A model generated the notes under the pieces. The model was not told the origin of the DNA. It saw nothing but the letters and a program-made list of their open reading frames with translations, and made no database searches. The translations under genes and the position numbers were made by a program. From Gordius albopunctatus (lineage: Eukaryota): a stretch of DNA of 64,000 bases. Positions within the stretch are counted from its first letter, which is position 1. Each line of letters begins with the position of its first letter. The DNA lies in NCBI GenBank assembly GCA_964276515.1, contig OZ193909.1, positions 20,026,001 to 20,090,000 of the forward strand. The letters run 5' to 3'. Positions 1-13,745 of the stretch are shown one piece after another.

Positions 1-732
1 TTTGGCAACAGCTTATCAAGCAAAGTACACCCTTTTGGCCTTTACATTCTGGGGGCTATATTTTGGTCCTAAATTAATAAACATTTACCCAGGTTTTAGC
101 TTGGAATTTAATTACCTATCACCCATCATGTACAAATCTATCTTTGGTCATGCACCATGGGTGTAGCCGGGGGGCGGCTGCCCCCCCCCTCAAAATCCAA
201 AAAATTCTGGAAATTTATTAAAATAGTTTAAATTTTAAAAAATGATCATTTTGCCCCTCCCTAAATCATTATTTCCCCCCCCCCTCTAACCCAAGTCATG
301 AACACCTTTATCAAGAGTGGGGAATTTCATATGAGCAATCGGTACAATTTTAGGCGTTGATTACCATAAATATAGAATTTTATTTCGTTTATTAGCAATG
401 AAATAACTAGCAAAACAATAAACTGAGTATTTGTATGCATGCTAAAGTGGTGGCGATATTTGAGCCTTTCGTTTAAAATTGAATTTTTTCGTTGACCTCA
501 ATGCCTTACGCTTGGATTAATTTTAGTTTTAATTGCTATGCAATTTATAAAATAGAGCTACTCGATTTTCTTTTTATCCATATTACTATTGGCTTTAAGA
601 CCTAAGGTAATGGCGATTAGATTAATATACATTTAGAGTCTTGTTGATTTTGACCTATATTCTTAAAGAATTGCGGAGAGCTAGCCTGTTGGTTTAATAA
701 TATCTCATATTTGTTTGTGTACTTCTTTGTAG

Positions 733-1005
733 GTTAAGCATTTTTGCCCCAACGTGCCCATCATCCTGGTCGGAAACAAAAAGGATTTGCGCAACGATGA
801 AAACACGAAACGCGAGCTGTGCAAGATGAAACAGGAGCCGGTCAAGCCTGAAGAAGGGCGAGCCATGGCTGAAAAAATAAATGCTTTCGCCTACCTCGAA
901 TGCTCGGCTAAGACTAAGGAGGGCGTCCGCGAGGTCTTCGAGACAGCAACTAGGGCCGCCTTAGCCGTGAGGAAGAAGCGAAAGACCAAATGTCTCCTCC
1001 TCTAA
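733..1005 (+). CDS. Rho1: Final coding exon of a Rho-family GTPase (RhoA/Rho1 ortholog); upstream exons lie outside the window
   Basis: Acceptor ctttgtAG at 731-732, then [22 protein letters not shown]...[24 protein letters not shown], a polybasic tail and CAAX box CLLL*. Near-identical to the RhoA C-terminal half. Confidence 0.97.
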   Translation, partial: VKHFCPNVPIILVGNKKDLRNDENTKRELCKMKQEPVKPEEGRAMAEKINAFAYLECSAKTKEGVREVFETATRAALAVRKKRKTKCLLL

Positions 1006-2478
1006 ACTGGGTGTCACTAGGTCTTCATTGCGCATCTCACCCATCTTATCATAATGGGACTGCTCTTTATTTTTCTTCCTCCCCTTCATAAACCTCTCAA
1101 AGTTTGGTCAAACTCTCAAAACTCCTCGCGCCGGAACTTAGCTAATCTACAAATTACATTATACGACAACGTCCCTTCCTCCTCCCCTGTTTTATTTTAT
1201 AGCGGGCATTGTAACTCGAGATTCATTATCACACTGTGTCTATTTAGCGACCATTTCATTTCTTTTTAATAATATAATAATTACAAATTGCTCCTTTTCG
1301 TGTAATATCATCATTTATTGTATTCGTTCGTTGGTCCCATTTATTACTAAGTGACGAATCTATGTGTAAAGGAAATGCGCGATTTCGCCCCCTTTTGCAT
1401 ATGTATATAGTAACTATTGACTTCCTTACTTATCTCTAGTGAGGAAGCCCCAAGTACCTTTTCTTCAGAAATATTCGCTTGGAAATTATGTATAGAAGCT
1501 TTTTTATCACGATCTTTCTGCCGCCCGCCCATGTCTCAAAACACAAATAATCAAATATGTACACACACACGCTTTAAGCTTATTTCGTTCGTTACAGCTT
1601 ATAACTACTACTCATCATGATACATAAATTAAGCTTTGTTTGACACCACCACCATCTCCTCCTATCCATTGATATATAAGCCCATTTAATTTAGCCATTT
1701 ACACCATTTTCATTTTATTCAAATGATTGTCTCGATTTATTTCCAGCATCATACATGAAATTATGCATACAAAAACCCATATTTGGCTTTGTATTTTTGC
1801 TTACCCTTATGATTGTATTTATTATGTAATGTCGACGAATAAATTTTAAATATTCTGTCGGCACTCCATGTGCTCTGTTTTTAGTGTTTCGATCTCGTCT
1901 AAGCGTTGAAAGCAAAATATCGTCTCGGTCTTGACGAGAATTCTCGACTTTACAAAAAAAATTTGTACGAAATTAAAATTTCTCCAATTATATATTAAAT
2001 AAGTGCTAAAAATATTCAATAGCAAACCCGTATATTTTTGAAAAACCTTAATACACAACCTCAAAAATTTAGCGCGACACAACATCTCACTGAAAATTTA
2101 AAGATATGAAACTAATTCCTATATATAACATTTTCTATGGAAAGTGCAAATTAAAAAAAAACTAAATAAATTTAAAGTATAGTACGAAAAGACCATAGAA
2201 TAATTCTGCATTAAATATTGTTTATTGACACTTTTTGGATTTGAGTTTATACCACTATTGTGAGTTTTTAGAGCTGAATCTTCTATGTAATAAATATACT
2301 CATTGATTGTTAAAGACCTTATTAAATTTTATGGTTCAAGCAAATTATAACATTTGTATCAATCTCATTGTGTCTGTCAAATATAGAGTTAGAAATCTAT
2401 AAGTCAAATTGAGACCCCTTAATAACCCTGGCTAAAGTCACGAAACTGACCATAACATATTTAAGGCAAACGTATTAG

Positions 2479-2674
2479 TCCTTTGAATAATATAGAATTT
2501 GTTTGAAACAATGGTAATCTGGGATTGTTAAAATGAGTGGGTGGAAATGGGTTTAGATATTTCGGTCCTCCAGCAACCATTGTCGATAATTAAAAAATAA
2601 ATCCGTTCCCACCCTCTCATTTTATCAATCCCAGATTACCATTGTTCCAAACAAATTCGATATTATTCAAAGGA
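2479..2674. mobile_element. Fold-back MITE (long imperfect palindrome)
   Basis: tcctttgaataatatagaatttgtttgaaacaatggtaatctgggattg is mirrored by caatcccagattaccattgttccaaacaaattcgatattattcaaagga. Exact ends and TSD uncertain. Confidence 0.75.
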
Positions 2675-2705
2675 TTGGTATTACATTTGATATTACCATT
2701 ATAGC

Positions 2706-3566
2706 CAGTGGCGTAGCTAGCATTTTTGCCCTGGAGGGACTGTGTTGGTCAAGGCATGGAGGTAGGTAGGGGCGAAAAAAAATTTCCTACGAAAAGCCTT
2801 AAAAATTACAAATACTTATTTGTGGAACGAAGATAAGTTTTAATCTATTTTAGCAGTGAGGACGATCTTTCGCATGAACATGAAGTTATTGGGATAGTTA
2901 AAATTATTTTGATCAAAATATTAAAATTTGGAAACACTATTGAGGGCAAAATTTTAATAAGTAAAAGAATATCATTGCATTTTATTTTATTCGAAGATAA
3001 AGAATTATGATATAATAATACATAAATTTTTTCCATTTTTATTTCGGCATCTTCCAGTTTTAATTCATAATGGTTAATTACTTCTGATAAAAGAAATTTA
3101 TCGCAAAAAAGGGGATGAAGTGTTTAAACCTTCTAAGGACTTATTTAAATTACAATTAATTTCCGAAAATCTTATGTTTAATTCTGCTTTAATTTTATCG
3201 ATGATAGGATAATATAAATTAATTTTAAAATCAATTAATGAATTAATAGATTAAAAAGTGTCATAACTTTTTGTTTTTTAATACGTTTTGAAGGTAATAA
3301 ATCAAAAATTGAAGCTAAATCTTTCCCCTTATTATAAATAACTTGATAGTGATCCTCATTTCTAATATCATTTAAAGTTAATATTAGGCTATTAACCGTT
3401 GAAATTGCATTTATTAAACAAATATATGGGTTTTAAAACTCGCTCTGAACATTTTGAATAATTTAAAAATTATAATACTTCATTGTTTCTTAATTAAGAT
3501 AAAATAAAAAAATGGCGTAAGGGGCCTGGTTTTCGCTCTTTGGGGCGGGGCGGGCCTACGCCACTG
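2706..3566 (-). mobile_element. Internally deleted hAT DNA transposon carrying a remnant of the transposase C-terminal dimerisation domain
   Basis: TIRs CAGTGGCGTAG...CTACGCCACTG; perfect 8-bp TSD ATTATAGC (2698-2705, 3567-3574). Minus-strand ORF 2845-3036 contains FPNFNILIKIILTIPITSCSCERSSS, matching the hAT dimerisation motif. Confidence 0.9.
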
Positions 3567-3935
3567 ATTATAGCCCATAGAGCTTATTGCTTGTTTTTAA
3601 TATACCGTTTTAAACCACAAAGTGCATGTGACATTTAATGATAATATTAATATTTAGGGAGTTGATAACAATTTGCACATATTAAAACGTTGTAAAAACA
3701 ACAATAAGAGCAGCTCATAGAGTTTAGATTTAAATTAAAGTGAACCTATTTTATTTCATGACAATCATTATAATCAAATTTGTATTCCAAATCATTACCT
3801 TTCAATTCTAACTAACTTTGTCATCAAATATTTATTTAATTATTACAGTATAAGTTCGTGTATGTTCATTTTTTATTGCACAATTGCCATAATTATATTA
3901 AATTCGAATGCACCTGCCAACCCCAGTCTATAATG

Positions 3936-6100
3936 TCTATGTATGTATGATTGCCGTGAAGACGTCCAAGAGCTTAGTAAGTGCAATCCAAGATTGGGCC
4001 CCTTCCACGCCAAATGGCGCATAAGGCCACGCTGTCAACCATCGATTGAGCCTGTGATACAGACGAAGCGATAAGGCATATATCGTCCGCAAAAAGTAGT
4101 GTTAATATGTTGATACCGTAAACATTGATGCTATCGTAACCAAGTATAGACCGTTTTACGATCAAGTCCATCGCTATTATAAAAAGAAGAGGAGACAGTG
4201 GAAAGCCCTGTCTAATTCCCGCTGTCACTGGGATCGGGTCTGATTTGTGTTGTAGATGCGTTATTATTACTTTCATTGTAGATCAGGAGGATCATAAGGA
4301 TCAATTTTTTGGGAATTCCTAATAGACATAGCGACTTCCATAATTAAAGATGGGAAAGGGAGTCAAACGCTTCCGAAATGTCTAGGAAGACTAAAACCAA
4401 AGGGTCCCCGCTGGAACGCGATACATCTATCATATTTCTCAGTGTGATGATGTGTTCCGTTGTGGTCCGGCATTCCCTCAACCCAGCTTGATTATGTTTG
4501 AGGATGCCCTCAACCTCATTATATATTATGTTGTAGATTATTTTAATGAATATTTAAAACTTAAGATTTATAATTGTGATTCCTCTGTAATTATTAGGAT
4601 CGGATGGGTCTCCTTTCTTAAAAAGTTTGATAAGGCGCCCTTGTGACCAGGATTATGGTGCCTCTTCTATCGCCCAGGCTTTACAGAACAGAAGATGTGT
4701 ATGGATCTGCTCTCAGTGCCTCTGAGGTGAGTCCAATCAGGTCAGCCGCTTTGTGGGTTTTAAGTGATTTGATTGCTCTGTTTATCTCAGATACCAATGG
4801 TGGTCAGTTAATATTGGGAGTGCGGGGGTCCATTAAAATTTATTATAAAATCTCTGAAGATGTCCAATACCGGCACTTTGAACTGGGGGGACAAAATAGA
4901 TCTAAAGTAAAGCTCCCTTGTTTTGGTTTGCACCAAGGAATAATTTGACTCACTAACTGTTTTTATGTGATAGTATGCCCTTTTAGAAAACGGGCTACGA
5001 TTCAGGCTTTTTATTATGTTGAATAGTTGATGAGTGTTATTTATGCGATCCGCCGCCTCTGCCTCACTAGTTCGCGAATTAATATAAGCCATTTTATCCT
5101 GTCTTATGCTTGACTCGATGCGCTTGCTGAGGGCCAACAGGCAAGAGGATTTGTAGGGGAAATTTTTATCATCGAAAAAAAGTTGATTTATTGTCCTCAA
5201 TAGCCCTAGCGTTTGTTGTGAGAACCAAGTTTTTGTCTTAATTCGATTCTGGCACTTGGGGGCATTAGCAAATATAGCTAATATCTTCAAACTCAACTCA
5301 TTGATGGGTAAAACGGAAAAATTTGTATTTCTAAATTTGGAGCGTAGATATTCCCTGAATTCGGTTGTACCTGATAAACCTTGTGGTTTTATTGTTGGAT
5401 TATTGCGCAGTGATGGTATTCGTAAGGTTGCTGATTTCACTACCAGCTCAGCTGCTATGGCGCAGTGATCCGCCTTTTCAATGATTGTGTCCTGTATAAC
5501 ACGAAAGTTTGTAACAATTTTATAATGCCGTGACCTGAACAGCAGGTGATCTATTTGGCTTTTTTGGGAACTATTCCTATTTCTAAATGTAGCCAGCTGA
5601 TCTGTGGGGAGCTCGGAAAAAGTAGAGGCAATACGCCACTTGGACCCTCTACACCATTTTTCCAGAAAAATCCCATTTCCATTGTTTGTGCCTAAAGAGT
5701 TAGGCCAACCAAGCCGGGGTCATCACGATCAGTGTACTTAACAGAAGAGTTGAAGTCGCCAATGATAACGGGAAATGATTTGCGATTTAGCTTTGATCTT
5801 TCCTGAAAGGAGAGTGAAAAAGTCTTTCAATATTTGAAGTTTATATGACGATGTTGGGACATAGACGTTTATCAATGAGAGAGTGCGTGACCCGAATGTG
5901 ACATTGGGGATAAGGATTCTGTCATTAACCCAATCGATACTCGAGATTGAGAGATGTTTATTTATAATTGTGGTCACTCCTGTAGCTGAGTTCTCACTGA
6001 TACCTGCATGGTATAGACTCTGGAGAGAGGGATTCGAGTTTTTTGTAAATACAGAAAGTCCAGTTTATATTTCCTAGCAAAGTTGATTCCCTTGCATCAA
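3936..6100 (-). mobile_element. Degenerate APE-endonuclease/RT non-LTR retrotransposon (LINE), frameshifted, with RT C-terminus deleted
   Basis: APE-like VNDRIL...LINVYVPT (5738-5977) and RT motifs GIRQGFPLSPLLF...LLFADD (3974-4276). (CATA)n tail on the minus strand near 3938-3949. Ends approximate. Confidence 0.85.
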
Positions 6101-6921
6101 CAAGGTTTTTTGTTCAAATATACGATCTTAATCCGCCTGATTGTTTATATTTAGTCCGGGATATTCTTATGAAAGCGCTTTCAAGATATTACAAGTTGGA
6201 AAGATGATATTATTAGTTCAATTTATAATGTCAAAAGTAAGGCATATGACAAAAAAATTTATTCATATAATGTCTTATTAACGTTTAGAAATTTGGGAGG
6301 CATACTATTATTTAAAGCATAAAAACCTCTAGAAAACTCAGGGTTTAATTAATTACCGTGTCATCGAATGCTTAATTGAACTTTTAAAATCGTTAGGCAG
6401 GCATAGACTATAGGACGCTGAAATAATCTCGAGTCACCTTAGCTTAACCTAGTATAATTATTTAAACCAATTGACCATTAATTTCTAATTACCGCATTAT
6501 GCAGGATAAGAAACTGGAAATTCAAAGCTTTAGTAATATTTACTACTCCCATAGATTTAATAGACTGCTTATTCCCTTGGAAAAAGTGATTCCAATTTTT
6601 ACCGCCATGTTGAACTAATATTTTTGTTTTCCTAGAGTTCTAACAGTTTATAGCTGCACAGTATGTTGTCATCCTATGGTTTGTTTTCTTTTTTCCTATA
6701 AACAATAAAATATAATTATATATAGCATCTAAATAATTTACCTATGGCGCTTGATAATTGTTTCAAGATGGCTACCTTTTTGGCTTCACATTTTTCATAT
6801 GTATGCATGCTTAATGAGCAGTCTATTAAGTGTATTACTACTCCATAAGAACTTATTATAAGTCTAAAACTTTGTAACATTAATGCTAATGATACCAATA
6901 TGTGATAAATTCATTATTAAA

Positions 6922-9606
6922 TTAGCTGTGCCCGACCAAGCGTTGCTTTGGCTTAGTCCTTAATTAGCTAAATAATTAGTATGAATTAATAAAACATTTA
7001 TGAAAAATTTTGGGTCAATCGTTTATGATGTAAAAAAATATAGGAAAAGGCATATTTATTCATAACTAAATAGATTTGTAATAGTAAGTGCGATTTTAAC
7101 GATAATATGCATAGTTGGGTTGGGTAACAAAAATTTATAAAGCACTGCACTGCTGTATAAAAGTTAGTTATAATGATAGACAATGTATAAAAACTATTTT
7201 AGTAGTACAGTGTTTATAGTAGTGTAATGTCATAGACTAAAATCAAATCTATAGTATCAAAATGAAGAGATGTTAATAGATCTCCTTCAATTTTGGTTAA
7301 TTGAAGGCTTTTATAATATTTGGTTGAACTGAGAAATAATTAGAAAAAATTTTCGCAAGTATAATGGAAGCGAAATTTTATACCTAGGAAAACATTGATC
7401 AGGTGAAAGTGTTATAGGTTAGGTATGATTATAATACAAACCAGTATAAAGATAATGCCTTAAAAAGTATAAAGATTGATATAATAAGTTTAGGCTTGCA
7501 AGTGTAGTTAAAGTTTAAGGGTAGCCAGCATTGGAATTAGAGGGGGGCAATAATAATTTAGGCAGAAGTAAAATGATAATTTTTTGAAATGTTAAATTTT
7601 AATAAATTTAAAAAATTGATTTGGATGGGGGCCGGCAGCCACCCCTCCCTGCCTCCCTCTGCTATGGGTATATTAATATTTTGGAATTCTTTATCTTATC
7701 CCCTTGTAGGTATCACAACCAAATCACTTTCAAGGTAAATGAATTTGTTTCCCTACATACATATCCGGTTTTAACGTTACCTGAGAGATGTTAAGATATG
7801 CCCGACCCGTCGGGTATGGTTTAGGCCTGGCTTCGGACGGCCGAAGGAAAACTATGCTTAAATTTACGTAAAAATAAGTCTGAATAAGAATAAAACTGGG
7901 AGATTAATATGGTTGGTGGGGAACAAACATATTGGTATTAGTAGATAGGCTAAAATGAAGATATATATAGCTATACCTGTTATGGAGTTATAAAATTTAA
8001 AAATGCACATGTCCAGTCAAAATCGTGGCTTCTTCAACGTTGCACATCAAGCGATTAACAGCGAGACGCAAACCATTGCAAAGTTTTGGCTGACTAAAAT
8101 TGCACATCGCGATATTTAGTACGCCAATTTTCAAATGCAAAATGGGAAGTGGCATCCCTGTCAGAATTGAAAGATCCGATTGGATAATTTGCGTAATCAA
8201 TAACAAAAAAAGTATCAACCGATTTGTAAGTAATTGGATTGCCTTGAATGTTGGACAGAATGAGATTGCTAAGCTCGTGGGCGTCATTGTTCTTGGGGGC
8301 GAGAATAGCCCGTTGGCGGAGCCAAAGTCGATCATGATAATGGGCGTTAATATTTGGAAACACTTATCAACCAAGAAGTTTAGATGGAACAAAATTGCAA
8401 ATGTTGGTAGGAAAAGAAATCCGTCCTGAGCATATATCAACGTGCACGGTTCCCTTCCCAATTTCTAGCAATTAATGGGAGAATATCTCACAAGCAGGAT
8501 GATTTTGAAATACTAAGCGCATTTAGTAGTTAGATTTAATATTTTGACATAAGTCAACAAAATAGAAGTTTTTAGGCCGGCATTAATTTCGTACGCAGGG
8601 GTGGATCGTAAGAGAACCGGTAAAGTTTGCCTGAAATCTTGTGCAAGCAATAACCTTGCGTTACCAACAGGTTTGAGGGTTCTTTGTAAATCTTGCGATT
8701 AGCTATTAGAGCGATTTTTCATAATCCATTGTGCATTCATCCCAAACGATAAGTTTGCACTTCCGTAATACTCTACCCATTCCATATGTTCTGGAAATGT
8801 TGCACATTAGAGTTTCACAGTAATAAGCGTTTAAAGGCATTTTTTTGTCAATTAAGGGGGGGGGGCATAAACGCAAGGGCTATCTACTTATCCTAGGCTA
8901 TTGCGTTCCGCAGTTGAATGGTTTCCACGCTACCACCATCCTCTTTAGATCTTTTTTTTTATAAAGGACACCCATCACTGGTTCCGATTCAATTTTGGTT
9001 AACATATTAAATTGATGGAATAATTGGCGGCATTTTAAATATGATTTTCTTTGTGCTCTCGAAACATTAGGCTGTATGAATAAGCTCATATAACTGCATT
9101 TCAAGTTTGTCGGTTAACCATTGTCCGCATTTATCAATTTACCGTTAAAGTAATCTTTTTGTACTTTTAATATTAATAACCGCACTTCATAAATATAGCA
9201 AAAAAGCACGAAACGTGGGAATGTTTCTAAAACCGCGCGTTATATTTATTTAAGAAAATGGTGATGTATTACGGTATCCAAAATATTTATTTGTTACCGC
9301 TTTATAAAATGTAAAAAAACGGGTGAAGTTGAGTAAAAAATTGAGACACAAATGACAAAGCATCTGTGGGAAAAAATGTAGTACCATAACGATAAATAAG
9401 TACAAAAAACTTAGAATCTCTTGTGCGCTAGATGGCGGTATATACTACCAAAAAATAGGATTACAACTGTCGCAGGTCGATAAAAAGTATATATAAACCA
9501 TCTAGGATGCTGCGGCAATGATCTGGAAAAATTCGGTGGCATTCGGTCGAGAGCTTTAGGAGTTTTAGAGGACGAAGAAAACGGAGTTACATTTCTATAT
9601 ATATAG
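6922..9606 (-). mobile_element. Deleted/degenerate Helitron with Rep-helicase remnants
   Basis: PIF1-type helicase fragments WLRQRAILAPKNND..., PKLCNGLRLAVNRL (7997-8461) and Rep-associated LKCRQLFHQF...KIESE (8898-9104). Minus-strand 5' end CTATATATATAGAAATG; 3' end GCAACGCTTGGTCGGGCACAGCTAA at 6922. Confidence 0.8.
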
Positions 9607-10444
9607 CAGAGGTCAGATTTGTTAGGAATTTTATGCCCGAACGCGGCCCGATTCAATTTCTTAAACTCATTGCCCGCCCGAATCTTCTAGGTGTCCGCCC
9701 TGACCCGCCGGAAACGTTAGAGCTGCCCGAAAGATTAAATTTATATGTTAGGTCCGAAATTTTGCGATCTCAAATTCTTTCAACCACTATTAAAAAATAT
9801 TTAATTAATGGCATATTGAATAAAACTGATATAGCAATTTTTATTATCCCATACAAAATCTAATTTCCTATATTATTTAAAAGTCGAATGATTTTTCCAA
9901 ATAAAACTTTTGATCTTTAATTTTAATCCTAATAGGTCAAAAAAACTTAGTATTTTCTACTTCTAAAATATTGTGTCAGAGTTTCTTTAAAATATTGTTA
10001 TCACTGGCAAAACCGCTCTAGGTCACAATATTTTAATATATTAATTGCTAATGCATTTAGGTACTACAGACCTGTTGGAACGTTTACAAATCATATAACA
10101 GCAAAATATTAATTAAATGCAGCCGATGTCCATGAAAATATATATGCAGCAATTTTTAATTAAGTTTAAAGTATACATATTTTATAAATAATCTTACAAT
10201 AAACAAAATTATACTCCCCTTTTGGGTTAACCCGTTTAAGCCCCTACCCTATAAAAACTTGATAATGAATAAAATTAGTTCAGTTAGTCAATCTGTGTTC
10301 TTAGAACTTACTTTTTTTTATAAAAAAAACAATAATTTATTAATAGAATTTAAATGTAATTTATGGAATTTTTTTTTTAATTTAAAGCAGAAAAAGAAAG
10401 GTATAGAAATTTATTATTGTAAAAATAAGTAATAGCTTAGCGAT

Positions 10445-13400
10445 TATTTTTCCTATAGCTGTTTGTCACATTTAGTGGTCAGCTTCTTAAAGTAGGTTCT
10501 CCGTGTATTCCTGCACTAACACCAGCTTCGCCTTAGCTCGTACCTTCTTAAGCCCATATCTATTTTATGCTTCCATGTCAGCTTAGGCCTCTCTCTCTTT
10601 CGCTTACCTTCGACTTGCACTTTCTTGATACGATTTGCCAAGTGATTTTCCTCCCTTCTCTCCAAATGGCCATACAATCTCAATCTCCTTACCACCAATT
10701 TTCTCTGAATCAGAACTACATTTAGTTTATCCCTCATGTCTTGATTCCTTATATGGTCCTTTTTACTTATTCCCAAGATCCATCTCAACATTCTTATCTC
10801 CATTGTAGCCAAGCTTTGTTCCTCTTTTGCTCTAATTGGCCAGGTTTCCGCTCCATACAATACCGTGGGTACAATAACGGTGTTATATAACCGGCCATTC
10901 AATTTGAGTGGTATGTGCTTGTCATATAAGAAACCACTCAACTCCCTGAATTTTAGCCAGCCTGCGTTTATTCTTGCCTTAATTTCGTTTTCCACACCTC
11001 CATCACACTTAAACACCAGTCACCGATTTGCAAGTGTGTTTCTTTGTATTTATTCGCCGACTCCAAGCATACATATTCCGTTTTATCTCGGTTGACCCTA
11101 AGGTCTTTGTTTTCAATTCGTTCCATCCACACTTTTACCTGCTCTGCTAATTCCACGTTTGAGCCTGCGCACAGGACGATATCATTCGCAAAGAGCTTTG
11201 CCCAAGGTGATTCGCGTTTCAGGTTTTTCGTTATCGAATCCATTATTTTTATGAAGAGCAATGGACTTAGGGCCGATCCTTGATGCACACCGACATTTAG
11301 ACCGAATCCCTTTGATATACCACTGGATGTCCGTACTTTGGTTTTTGTGTTTCTATACATATCCTTTATTAACATTATATAAGCCTCGGGTACACCATTG
11401 GAGCTCAGGTCTTGGAACTTTATCGAAAGCTTTCTCAAGATCGATGAAACACATATGAAGATCCTTTTGTTTTTCCTTATATACTTCCATAAGTCTCCTA
11501 AGACCATGTATTGCATCTGAAGTCGACTTTCCAGGCATGAACCCAAATTTTCGTTCATCTGTTGATATTATATTTCGGAGTCTGGCTTCTATAACCTTTT
11601 CCCACACCTTCATTACGTGACTCGTTAACTTTATCCCTCGATAGTTGTTGCATTCTTGTACATCTCCCTTCATTTTATAGATAGGTATAACATAGCTTTC
11701 CCTCCACTCATCAGGCATCATACCACTTGCAAGTATTTTGTTAAACAGCTTTGCAAGTAGATGTACACCCAAGTGTCCTAGCATTTTGAAAGCTTACATA
11801 GGTATATTATCAGGTCCCACCGCTCTACCCATGGTCCTCTTTTTGAGCGCCTGGTCAACCTCTTATTCTGTCACTTCTAACTCTTGATCATATTCATAAT
11901 TCTTGCTTTCGCAATGGTCCGAAAACACATTTTCACTGTTTAATAATTCCTTATAGTATTCTTACCAACCATCTATGATTTGATGGACTAGAGTTAGAGT
12001 GATGCCATGTTGCTCTTTATGGTTTTCACGTTTACCACATCCTTTGAGTTCCTCGCCCTGGTCTTTGCGATTTTGTAGATCATTCTTTCCCCTTCTTTAC
12101 TGGATAACTTGTCATTCAAATTCTCGTAGACCTCTGTTTTAGCCTTGGCTACACAACGTTTTGCCTCATTTTTAGCTTTCACATATGACAATCTTGTTTC
12201 CTCATTTCTGTTGCCTAACCATAATTTGTAAAGCTTTCTTTTCAATTTGACCAGGCGTTGCACGTCTTCGTTCCACTACCATGTCTCCTTATCTTTTTGT
12301 ATACCTGGTTTACTTTCTCCTAGAACACATCTCACTACTGATCGTACCGTGTTAGCTATTTTATTCCACATATCGTTAGCATTCTGCTGATCATCTATTT
12401 GCAGCCTTTCAACTATTTGGTCATTGTAAATAACTTTCAATTTTGGTAGTCGGAACCATTTAATTTTCCCATTTAATCTCTTCGGCTTTTGTGTTTTAGC
12501 CTTGGAGATGGTATAGTCCATCACAACAAGTCTATGCTGGGCTGCAATAGCTTCACCTGGTATCACTTTACAATCTCGTACATTCTTTAATTCCTTTCTT
12601 GATATTAGGAGGAAGTCAATCTGCGAAGATCGATTTCCACTTTTGTACGTTATTAGGTGATTTACATTCTTTTTGAAGAAGGTATTTGTGATTGCCAAAT
12701 CAAATGCTACGGCTATTTTAAATATTTCGTCGCCTTCATCGTTTCTCGCTCCGTATCCATTTCCAACATAGTACCGTTCAAATCCTTCTCTTGTTTTGCC
12801 TACGTGACCATTTATATCCGCTCCAATTATAACTATCTCAGCTCTGGGTATCATTCGCAGCGTTTCGTCTAATTCTTCCCGAAAGTCCTCCTTTTCTTCA
12901 TCTGTGCATCCTGTTTGCGGAACATATCCGGAAACTACATTAATCATTTGACCTTGTATGCATAGTTTCAACATCATGAGTCGCCCACTTTTTATTTGTA
13001 CCTCAATGACTTTATCTTGCAGATGGGAAGCTAATATGATTGCCACGCCATTTTTATTCGTTTCTAGACCATTTAAGTAAAGTTTATAGCCTTCACCTAT
13101 CATCCTTGCTTTTGCGCCTTTCCATCTTGTTTCCTGTATACACGCAATATCGACCCGTCGCTTGCTGAGGGTGTCGGCAACTTCTGGGCATTTTGCAGTC
13201 ATCGTTCCAACATTTAGCGAGCCCACTCTCAATCTCGTCCTTAGCAAACTAGTTTCTTTAACTACATCCGTTTGCGGAAGATGTAGTGACCCTCGTTACT
13301 TTTCACATGATACGGGCGCCTACCATGCGCGTCGTTTACGGAGGACGCCATAGCGCTTTCATTATTATGAACTTTCGTAGTATACATTTTGGTTTATATG

Positions 13401-13745
13401 GAATGAGGGAGTATTGATATCCCGGCCTTCCAAGCCTGACGGAACTATGTTAGATTTTGGCGCTTGACTACCTACTATTCTTTATGATGCCGTCATTTTG
13501 GTGAATTAAACTTTTCTTTAGACCACTCGTATTGATAGGCTTAATCTAGCACTTCCATTTCACTAAGTACTCCCTCAAAAAGCCCAGAAATTTTAGTCTG
13601 ACCCTTCACCAAGAACCTTGCCAATAGGGTGACCCCAACAGTGACAAACACAAAAATTGTGTTTGGCTACCAAAGATATAGCTTCTTGGATCACGAGAGT
13701 ACACAAGCTCAACCACCACTACAAGGTATTTCTGGCTCGGTTGAG
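10445..13745 (-). mobile_element. Near full-length RTE-clade LINE (APE + RT), inactivated by stops and frameshifts
   Basis: APE ORF 12276-13247 (GSLNVGTM, IACIQETRWKG, GADINGHVG, SQIDF, QHRLVV). RT pieces [33 protein letters not shown] and RTE-type C-terminus RLRLYGHLERR. 5'UTR 13376-13735. Candidate TSD TTAGCGAT (10437-10444, 13746-13753). Confidence 0.95.

Noticed and set aside
1054..2085. Short ORFs downstream of Rho1
   Set aside because: Low-complexity frames in probable 3'UTR and repeat sequence; no homology recognised.
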